A stretch of 64,000 nt of DNA, taken from the IMG/VR virus record IMGVR_UViG_3300030389_002325; one strand, given 5' to 3'. Shown piece after piece: positions 57,417 to 63,474 of the stretch (positions are counted from its first letter, which is position 1; each line of letters opens with the position of its first letter). This DNA comes from an uncultured virus (IMG/VR IMGVR_UViG_3300030389_002325). Its lineage: Duplodnaviria; Heunggongvirae; Uroviricota; Caudoviricetes; Crassvirales. The notes under the pieces are model-generated. The model saw only the letters and a program-made list of their open reading frames with translations. It was not told the DNA's origin and did not search any database. The position numbers and the translations under genes were made by a program.

Positions 57417-57638
57417 TTATTTATTTATAAGCCAGTCACCCCATATTAACTCAGCTTGAGTAAGGTCGTGATACCATACATCGCCAAATGTACATATAGA
57501 CCTTATCTCGTCAATAGTTAACTCAGAGTACCGGTGTTTGGTTTTAATTGTATCAATTAGCCAATTTACAGATGGATATTTTTCAATATTATCTTGCATT
57601 TTAGCTTTGATATGTGGTTTTAATTTATCGTATAACAT
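57417..57638 (-). CDS. Hypothetical early protein
   Basis: Short ORF in the early array. Confidence 0.65.
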   Translation of the reverse strand: MLYDKLKPHIKAKMQDNIEKYPSVNWLIDTIKTKHRYSELTIDEIRSICTFGDVWYHDLTQAELIWGDWLINK

Positions 57639-57711
57639 ATTTAATCTATTGTATTTGCAAATATTAACACTAATATAGAAGCGACTACAATAAATGTTAA
57701 TAATATAATGT

Positions 57712-57743
57712 TATTATCCATTAGTGTTCGTATTTAGTTTGTA
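57712..57743 (-). promoter_or_regulatory. Early promoter repeat P2
   Basis: TACAAACTAAATACGA-ACACTAAT-GGATAATA. Confidence 0.8.
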
Positions 57744-57744
57744 A

Positions 57745-58080
57745 TTATTTTAATTTTTCTAATAGTTTATGCATTATTTTACCATGTTGCTCATGATAAA
57801 ACTCAAACCATTGGTCTTCAAATAGTTCTATACCTGCTTCAGTTAAGTAATTATCTGATTGAAACAGAAAATTATTACCCATTTCAGTATTAACTGCTTC
57901 AAATATAGCGTCAAATATTTCAGGTTGTAGTGTTTCTACAATTTGGTCAACAGCTTTATCTACATCTTCATGTTCAAAAGGGTTTGACCATGTTGTAAAT
58001 TTTTGATTACCTACCTTTTGTTTAGCTACATAATACTCTTTTGACTGTCTTATTTCGTCCATAGTTCTAGACTTTGCCAT
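57745..58080 (-). CDS. Hypothetical early protein
   Basis: 111-aa ORF whose stop abuts P2. Confidence 0.7.
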   Translation of the reverse strand: MAKSRTMDEIRQSKEYYVAKQKVGNQKFTTWSNPFEHEDVDKAVDQIVETLQPEIFDAIFEAVNTEMGNNFLFQSDNYLTEAGIELFEDQWFEFYHEQHGKIMHKLLEKLK

Positions 58081-58237
58081 TTTTTTTAGATTTTGTTTGA
58101 TTATACGCCTTTTTTAACTCGGCGATTTGAGTTTGACACTTTCTTATTTGTTCTTTATTACCTCTTTCTTGATAGAATTGTGTCCAAGAATACAAGTTTT
58201 GTAGTTGTTTGGTAATTGTTTGTTGTTGTTTACTCAT
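58067..58237 (-). CDS. Small hypothetical protein (56 aa; not in ORF track)
   Basis: MSKQQTITKQLQNLYSWTQFYQ...; ATG directly follows structured element copy 2. Confidence 0.6.
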   Translation of the reverse strand: MSKQQQTITKQLQNLYSWTQFYQERGNKEQIRKCQTQIAELKKAYNQTKSKKNGKV

Positions 58238-58334
58238 ACCACGAAAAGCCCATACCCTGCAGAGTATGAGCTAGTGCGAGCGATGTCTTAAGCTTCTCGC
58301 GATAGTTGCAACATGTGACTAACACTATCCGTGT
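58236..58334 (-). ncRNA. Structured intergenic RNA element, copy 2 (multibranched)
   Basis: Stems CACGG/TCGTG, GATAGT/ACTATC, GCGAG/CTCGC and GCTCATACTC/GGGTATGGGC. Confidence 0.55.
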
Positions 58335-58339
58335 TTTAC

Positions 58340-58552
58340 TTACCTTAAATAAGTACCATAACCGCGTCTTCGGGTGAGTTTTGCGATAGTATCAGCATCT
58401 TGTCTTGATAGTATTTGTATGTTGTTACCTGTTTTATGATTGATAATATCAACACACCCGTATTTTTCTGCCGTACTACAACCGACGCAGGTGTTGTAGC
58501 CATATTTAATTCTTACTGGATGTACTTCTTGAGTACCGCATTTACATATCAT
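58340..58552 (-). CDS. C4 zinc-finger protein (TraR/DksA-like spacing)
   Basis: CKCG..EV...R.......CVGC. Confidence 0.6.
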   Translation of the reverse strand: MICKCGTQEVHPVRIKYGYNTCVGCSTAEKYGCVDIINHKTGNNIQILSRQDADTIAKLTRRRGYGTYLR

Positions 58553-58569
58553 ATTTAATTATTTATATA

Positions 58570-58601
58570 TATTATCCGTAAGCAATCGTATTTAGTCTGT
58601 A
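58570..58601 (-). promoter_or_regulatory. Early promoter repeat P3
   Basis: TACAGACTAAATACGA-TTGCTTAC-GGATAATA. Confidence 0.8.
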
Positions 58602-58735
58602 ATAAATGTTAAGCCTTTGTAGTTAAACCATGAGTTTTTTTCAAATGGTACATCATTAATAGTGTAACCTCTATATAGTTTTCCGTCTAGTTTAATAAGT
58701 GACCTGTCACTTGGGTAAAATTTAATTGTTTTCAT
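58592..58735 (-). CDS. Small hypothetical protein (47 aa; not in ORF track)
   Basis: MKTIKFYPSDRS...WFNYKGLTFITD*; its stop codon is supplied by P3. Confidence 0.65.
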   Translation of the reverse strand: MKTIKFYPSDRSLIKLDGKLYRGYTINDVPFEKNSWFNYKGLTFITD

Positions 58736-58889
58736 TGAATTTATTTATTATTTTTCTTATTCTTGCTCCTAATTCTTGGTCGTTTGGTATAGTTTTAACA
58801 TGCTCTTGTATCATTAAGAACATCACTGCTTTTAATGTTTTAGCGTCTTCCATTTCATGTTTAGTTAATATATCATTTACTTCTGTCAT
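58722..58889 (-). CDS. Small hypothetical protein (55 aa, PNDQELGA.IR motif; not in ORF track)
   Basis: ATGA overlap with the upstream gene. Confidence 0.65.
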   Translation of the reverse strand: MTEVNDILTKHEMEDAKTLKAVMFLMIQEHVKTIPNDQELGARIRKIINKFNENN

Positions 58890-59056
58890 TTTATTAATCT
58901 GTTAATTACTTTAGTTATTAGTTTGTCTGCATCTTCAACATACTTGTCATCAGTTTCAGTGTAACCTAGTTCTTCAAACATATAGTAGTCTAGCTCATTA
59001 TAAAGTACTGTGACTAGTCGATCACATACTTTATCTATTACTTCATCTTCAGTCAT
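58886..59056 (-). CDS. Small acidic hypothetical protein
   Basis: Probable start ATG 59056 (MTEDEVIDK). Confidence 0.6.
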   Translation of the reverse strand: MTEDEVIDKVCDRLVTVLYNELDYYMFEELGYTETDDKYVEDADKLITKVINRLIK

Positions 59057-59204
59057 AAGCTGGACAAATATGTGGGTTAATACCATAGTGACCTGCATTA
59101 TTGTTCACTAATTTAGTTGTATTACACGATGTAGCGAGCGCTATTAGCGCAGTGATTAGTATAATATTTATACTTGCGATTAGTAATTCTTTATTTAGTT
59201 TCAT
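59049..59204 (-). CDS. Small lipoprotein (51 aa; not in ORF track)
   Basis: MKLNKELLIASINIILITALIALATS|CNTTK...ICPAYD*; signal peptide II lipobox. Confidence 0.65.
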   Translation of the reverse strand: MKLNKELLIASINIILITALIALATSCNTTKLVNNNAGHYGINPHICPAYD

Positions 59205-59445
59205 ATTTATTTATTTTATTGAATAATTCGTCTATTTCTTGTTTGTTGAAAGTAGAATAGACCTCATCTACTTTGTTTTGTACATATTCGTACGTAAATT
59301 CTTTGTCACTTACGCCATAAAATGAAGTGATTAAATCTCTTGAGTTCCAGCCATACTCTGACTTGTGACAGTTAAATATTTGTAGTTTTTTACCACCATC
59401 TGGATATATTATTGCTGTTAAGTTATCTGTTTGTATATATTTCAT
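59191..59445 (-). CDS. Hypothetical early protein
   Basis: Coupled ORF. Confidence 0.65.
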   Translation of the reverse strand: MKYIQTDNLTAIIYPDGGKKLQIFNCHKSEYGWNSRDLITSFYGVSDKEFTYEYVQNKVDEVYSTFNKQEIDELFNKINKYETK

Positions 59446-59627
59446 AGTTCGTTAGTTAAATCGTAAATAGTTTTGTCAGTGTGAAACATATATTCTACTT
59501 CATTTAGATTATAACCGAGTTGTACTCCGACAAACTCATCAAGTTCCATTTCATATTTTTCATAGTTTACATTATGGTATTGATGTACTTCACCACTACC
59601 AAAGTCTAATACAGTTAGTGTTTGCAT
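59442..59627 (-). CDS. Small acidic early protein
   Basis: VLDF.SGEVH.Y...LGY.....EYM; directly downstream of P4. Confidence 0.7.
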   Translation of the reverse strand: MQTLTVLDFGSGEVHQYHNVNYEKYEMELDEFVGVQLGYNLNEVEYMFHTDKTIYDLTNEL

Positions 59628-59643
59628 ATTTATTTATTTATAT

Positions 59644-59675
59644 TATTATCCAATTAGTATCGTATTTAGTTTGTA
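59644..59675 (-). promoter_or_regulatory. Early promoter repeat P4
   Basis: TACAAACTAAATACGA-TACTAATT-GGATAATA. Confidence 0.8.
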
Positions 59676-59678
59676 ATA

Positions 59679-59825
59679 TTATTTCCATTTTGGAGTTAAC
59701 CACTTTGGGTTATTTACCATTTCATCATGACACCATTGCTTTTCATTTTCACCTAAATATTCATAGTGAGTATCAAATTCAGATAAAGCTATTTTGTCTA
59801 TTGTAGTATTTATATTTTTAGTCAT
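59679..59825 (-). CDS. Small hypothetical protein (48 aa; not in ORF track)
   Basis: MTKNINTTIDKIALSEF...LGENEKQWCHDEM; ATGA overlap. Confidence 0.65.
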   Translation of the reverse strand: MTKNINTTIDKIALSEFDTHYEYLGENEKQWCHDEMVNNPKWLTPKWK

Positions 59826-60022
59826 AGTATTTGATTTAGTATTTCGTAAACATCATTTTGTTGAGTTTTAGTTAATGACATAAAAACACCATTAGCTTCA
59901 CCTGGATAATCGAGTACGTGATTAGTACATTGTTGAGTGAGCTCAGCTTGATTTATTGTTTTAGCCATTTCGTCAAAAGCTTTTGACCATGACCAATTTG
60001 AAGGATTATTAGTATTATACAT
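59822..60022 (-). CDS. Hypothetical early protein
   Basis: Downstream of P5. Confidence 0.7.
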   Translation of the reverse strand: MYNTNNPSNWSWSKAFDEMAKTINQAELTQQCTNHVLDYPGEANGVFMSLTKTQQNDVYEILNQIL

Positions 60023-60048
60023 AGTTATTTAATTTAATTAGTTTATAT

Positions 60049-60080
60049 TATTATCCGACACTTGTCGTAATTAGTTTGTA
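60049..60080 (-). promoter_or_regulatory. Early promoter repeat P5
   Basis: TACAAACTAATTACGA-CAAGTGTC-GGATAATA. Confidence 0.8.
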
Positions 60081-60122
60081 GCCCGGAGAGGAATCGAACC
60101 TCTCGTCCAACCATTCAGGCTA
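60079..60122 (-). ncRNA. 44-nt tRNA-like minihelix (acceptor stem plus T arm, no anticodon arm)
   Basis: TAGCCTG-AATGGTTGGAC-GAGAGG-TTCGATT-CCTCTC-CGGGCTA. Confidence 0.65.
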
Positions 60123-60199
60123 TGTGTAGTCATATGTTCGTATTATTTTCTAACTCGCTAAAGTATGACTATCAACTACGAGTCGAGCTTAAGCTCACT

Positions 60200-60436
60200 T
60201 TATTTTATTTCAGCTAAATCTCTACAGAATTTTGGAACTGTATTTGAATTAGTGTATGATTTGTATTGTTGAAAACATGGCATAGTTTCAAACTTTTCTT
60301 GAAATATTGAATAAATTTCATCATGGTCATAAGTAAATGTAACATTTTTATTATTAGTGAAAGTTATTACAGTATTTGTACCTAAAAGTGACTTTCTGAT
60401 TACAAATCTTTTTGTTGTTAGTTTATTAGTTTTCAT
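60200..60436 (-). CDS. Hypothetical early protein
   Basis: KRFVIRKSLLG...YDHD...YKSYT; downstream of P6. Confidence 0.75.
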   Translation of the reverse strand: MKTNKLTTKRFVIRKSLLGTNTVITFTNNKNVTFTYDHDEIYSIFQEKFETMPCFQQYKSYTNSNTVPKFCRDLAEIK

Positions 60437-60479
60437 ATTTATTTTATTTTATTTATTATTAATTTAGTTTAGTTTATTA

Positions 60480-60511
60480 TATTATCTTAATTAGTTCGTA
60501 TTTAGTTTGTA
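60480..60511 (-). promoter_or_regulatory. Early promoter repeat P6
   Basis: TACAAACTAAATACGA-ACTAATTA-AGATAATA. Confidence 0.8.
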
Positions 60512-60648
60512 CATTTTTCAATGTTTAGTATATTTTCTTTATTATAAAATTTATATACTTTTTCCATTTTATTTACATTAAGATATTTTATGTAATTTGT
60601 TGGAATTCCATTTTTATTCCAAGTAGTTTTTAAAGTTATTTTAAACAT
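60502..60648 (-). CDS. Small hypothetical protein (48 aa; not in ORF track)
   Basis: MFKITLKTTWNKNG...IEKCTN*; downstream of P7, stop codon supplied by P6. Confidence 0.55.
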   Translation of the reverse strand: MFKITLKTTWNKNGIPTNYIKYLNVNKMEKVYKFYNKENILNIEKCTN

Positions 60649-60674
60649 AGTTTTATTTTTTAATTAGTTTATAT

Positions 60675-60706
60675 TATTATCTTTTTAGTTTCGTTTTTAG
60701 TTTGTA
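60675..60706 (-). promoter_or_regulatory. Early promoter repeat P7
   Basis: TACAAACTAAAAACGA-AACTAAAA-AGATAATA. Confidence 0.78.
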
Positions 60707-60753
60707 AAAGTGTAAGTTTGTTTATTAGTTAAAATTAGTTAGTATGTTTTATA

Positions 60754-60999
60754 CTATATTTCTAAGTTAGTAAATTGTTTTTTATTAATTAGTAAATAAG
60801 ATTCATCAGATATTGGACAGAGATGATGAGAAAATTCTATATTTAGTTTAATTAATTCAGAAGCAATTTGAGTGAGTGGGTGAATATAAGAATATGATAT
60901 TAAATATTGTTGAGGTGAATCATGTAAATCTATGTAGTCATCATTGTCAATTAGAAATTCGTAGTTGTCATTTAGTATTTTGATTTTATTTATATCCAT
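60754..60999 (-). CDS. Hypothetical protein, first gene of the early array
   Basis: Downstream of P8. Confidence 0.65.
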   Translation of the reverse strand: MDINKIKILNDNYEFLIDNDDYIDLHDSPQQYLISYSYIHPLTQIASELIKLNIEFSHHLCPISDESYLLINKKQFTNLEI

Positions 61000-61023
61000 T
61001 TTATAAGTTTTATTATTTATATA

Positions 61024-61055
61024 TATTATCCAATATACATCGTATTTAGTTTGTA
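61024..61055 (-). promoter_or_regulatory. Early promoter repeat P8
   Basis: TACAAACTAAATACGA-TGTATATT-GGATAATA. Confidence 0.8.
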
Positions 61056-61216
61056 GTTTTTCTAAATAAATATATAAAAATATATAAAAAGCTAAAATAT
61101 TTATAAAAAAATTAAAAAATTGTAGGGGGCCCGCTAATATAAAAACCGTTTTGTAACTGGCTGATAATCAGTAGGTTAGGGCATAACACTTTACTTCTAA
61201 GTATCTAATCAAAAAG

Positions 61217-61262
61217 TGTGACATTAGCCTTATAAGTAGTATAATAAGGGGCAATTGTCACT
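61217..61262. promoter_or_regulatory. 46-bp inverted-repeat site B (GTGACA-N32-TGTCAC)
   Basis: TGTGACATTAGCC-N24-ATTGTCACT in the divergent intergenic region; matches 54435-54480. Confidence 0.7.
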
Positions 61263-61271
61263 ATACTTCAA

Positions 61272-61302
61272 TGTAAAAACGAGTAAAATTATGTAATATA
61301 CT
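61272..61302 (+). promoter_or_regulatory. Candidate class II (middle/late) promoter
   Basis: TGTAAA-N14-TGTAAT; same spacing as 53065-53090(-), 27355-27380, 32595-32620 and 63116-63141. Confidence 0.5.
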
Positions 61303-61307
61303 AAAAT

Positions 61308-61538
61308 ATGGCAAAATTGAGTAAAGTAGCTGCTAAACGTAAAGCAATAAGAGACAAGAAAGCGGCTATGACGCCAGATAGAAAGGCTAAAAAAGCAGAA
61401 AACCAGCGTAAAAGGCGTAAAGCTATAAAACAAGGTAAAAATATTCGTGGTAAGGACTATGATCACAAGACTAAAAAGTTCACATCGATAAAAAATAACC
61501 GCGGTAACCGTGGTAAAGGCACTAAAAAAGAAAAATAA
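61308..61538 (+). CDS. Small basic HNH-like protein
   Basis: GKDYDH...S.K.NRG. Confidence 0.55.
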   Translation: MAKLSKVAAKRKAIRDKKAAMTPDRKAKKAENQRKRRKAIKQGKNIRGKDYDHKTKKFTSIKNNRGNRGKGTKKEK

Positions 61539-63112
61539 TGGCTATAATATACACATATCCAGTAAAAAACACTCCAGCAAATGATGATTTAATACTTATA
61601 TCAGACTCTGCAGACAGTAATAAGACTAAACAAGTAAAAATATCTAGTCTACCAGGTGGTGCATCTTCTGGTGTTACTCAAATTATAGCTGGAACTAATG
61701 TTACTATTGATCCAGTCAGCGGTCTTGGTAGTGTTACTATAAATTCTTCAGGAGGAGGCGATACATATACGCTACAGGCGGAAGCTAAGTCTAGTAATTC
61801 AGTACCTTTAAAACTAGATGCAGCAACAGGAACAGACTCTACAGTAAATTTAACAGAAGGTAGTGGTGTTACTTTAACTAGAAATAGCGCAACAGAAATA
61901 ACTATAGCAGCAACGTCAGGTGCAATGGCTATTGAAAATAATGGATCAGCGTTGGCATCTGGAATCACAACATTAGATTTTTCTACTAACTTAACACCTG
62001 TATCAGCAGGGCCTGGAAGTAATAAAGTTACTATTACTTCAACAGATACTACTTACAATGCTATGGATGCCTCAACTCTAGGTTTAGGCAAGTTAAGATA
62101 TGCTACAGGATCTACTCCAGCAGCAGAATCACAAAGTACAACTGCAAATAGAACTTACGGTGTAACTGCAAATAGTTCTAATCAACTTGTAGTTAACGTT
62201 CCCTGGACAGATACTAGTGGTATTTCTTTTTCTGGAAGTACTGCAAATGGTGTAGCTACTTATTCTAGTGCTACTACAGCTAATGTATCTGCTAATTTAA
62301 CTTTTGCTACTAATACGCTTACATTAACTGATACTTTAGATATAAAAGGTGATGGTACTAATCCAGGTACACTTAATTTATACTGCGAAAGCACAAGTAC
62401 GCCACATGCTGTTAGTATATTAGGTCCTCAACATTCAGGCGCTACTCCATACTCTATAAGACTACCTAAAGAAATAGCAACTCAGACGGCGTATTCTTCA
62501 GGAGGTAGAGTGCTAGAATCAAATGCTTCAGGAGCATTGCAATGGATAAATACTCCAAGTGCAGGAGTTAGTCCAACTAGTGGTACTTGGTATGCTACTC
62601 TAGCTAACGCTTCTGGACAGTCATATGCTTCTAATGCTACTCAAGCTCAAATAGCTATAACTACTAATAATTGTCAGTGGTATAGAGTTGGTGACATGAT
62701 GTATTATCAGTTCTATATAGCAGGAACTGTAAAAGCAGGTGGAGCTTTAACAGGTAATTTATTTCTTTGTAGATCAGCTACTTCTATTGCAACTGATACT
62801 ATTACATATGGATTACCTATAGATAGTAGTTATAATACTGTAGTAAATAATGGCTTTTGTAATGGCAGTATAACAATAACAGAAAGTGAAGCGCCTGCAC
62901 AGCCTTTAACATGGACTTATCCTGTTAATGGAGGAAGAGTAGGTAGAGACACTAGTTATGCTGGATATGTACAATTGTTTAGTCTTTTTGGTAGTGGTTC
63001 AACTAATAAAGTATATTATCCACTATCTAATCAAACTTGGGTAACAGCCGGTGAAGCACCCGGAAACTTTGCTTTGGGCGGAACAATAAATGCTTTAGTA
63101 ACTCATCAATAA
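61538..63112 (+). CDS. Tail/head fibre-like structural protein
   Basis: S/T/G-rich; GVTQIIAGTNVTI, RTYGV...QLVVNVPWTDT and a C-terminal Y.RVG head domain. Confidence 0.75.
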   Translation: MAIIYTYPVKNTPANDDLILISDSADSNKTKQVKISSLPGGASSGVTQIIAGTNVTIDPVSGLGSVTINSSGGGDTYTLQAEAKSSNSVPLKLDAATGTDSTVNLTEGSGVTLTRNSATEITIAATSGAMAIENNGSALASGITTLDFSTNLTPVSAGPGSNKVTITSTDTTYNAMDASTLGLGKLRYATGSTPAAESQSTTANRTYGVTANSSNQLVVNVPWTDTSGISFSGSTANGVATYSSATTANVSANLTFATNTLTLTDTLDIKGDGTNPGTLNLYCESTSTPHAVSILGPQHSGATPYSIRLPKEIATQTAYSSGGRVLESNASGALQWINTPSAGVSPTSGTWYATLANASGQSYASNATQAQIAITTNNCQWYRVGDMMYYQFYIAGTVKAGGALTGNLFLCRSATSIATDTITYGLPIDSSYNTVVNNGFCNGSITITESEAPAQPLTWTYPVNGGRVGRDTSYAGYVQLFSLFGSGSTNKVYYPLSNQTWVTAGEAPGNFALGGTINALVTHQ

Positions 63113-63180
63113 AATATTAAATAACCGAACTATCAAGTGATAGTATATAATAACCAACGTTTAACTTAAAACCAAATACA

Positions 63181-63474
63181 ATGACGTTTTTATATACCCG
63201 CACTAATACGTGGAATAGTGCACCACAACCAAATGAAGAAACCATTAAGTACTGGAAGCATATTTCAGAAAAGAAAAACTGGAGAATAGTACAACTACCT
63301 AATGGATTTTTACAAACCGAATATAAAAGCATCGATGATCCTGATACATGGATCGATGTTACCAGAAGAGAAACAATAACTGGAGCTGAGCAAGCTATAG
63401 ATGCTTCTATAGAACACTACAGTAAAAAGTTAGAGTTTATCAAAGGACCGAAAGTAGTTAAAACCTTCGAGTAA
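63181..63474 (+). CDS. Conserved hypothetical protein upstream of groEL
   Basis: NWRI.QLPNG..QTE...W.DVTRRET; a variant of its 3' end also appears at 1-73. Confidence 0.8.
   Translation: MTFLYTRTNTWNSAPQPNEETIKYWKHISEKKNWRIVQLPNGFLQTEYKSIDDPDTWIDVTRRETITGAEQAIDASIEHYSKKLEFIKGPKVVKTFE

Larger units (their letters stand above)
30..63430. mobile_element. Apparently complete lytic bacteriophage genome unit (~63.4 kb, podovirus/crAss-like architecture, probable Bacteroidota host)
   Basis: Full set of terminase, portal, capsid, tail, lysis and replication genes; no host housekeeping genes or integrase; the sequence returns to the same gene context after 63,401 bp. Confidence 0.9.

Noticed and set aside
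56525..58334. Hammerhead or pistol ribozyme
   Set aside because: No CUGANGA core, and the conserved words are not in pistol order on either strand
59138..59150. GCGCTATTAGCGC hairpin as a regulatory element
   Set aside because: It is explained by Ala-Leu-Ile-Ala-Leu codons of the lipoprotein signal peptide
60079..60122. Functional tRNA gene or attP site
   Set aside because: No anticodon arm or D stem, no CCA, and no integrase in the genome
56490..61055. Repeat family as a CRISPR array or integron attC sites
   Set aside because: Spacing is irregular (about 0.2-1.2 kb) and filled with genes; the repeats are non-palindromic with a variable core; no cas or integrase genes
56490..61055. Repeat as the host Bacteroidota -7 element on the plus strand or as a sigma28 promoter
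   Set aside because: TTAGTTTG does not fit TAnnTTTG and faces away from the genes; the TAAA-to-GATAA distance is 14 nt, shorter than in the FliA consensus
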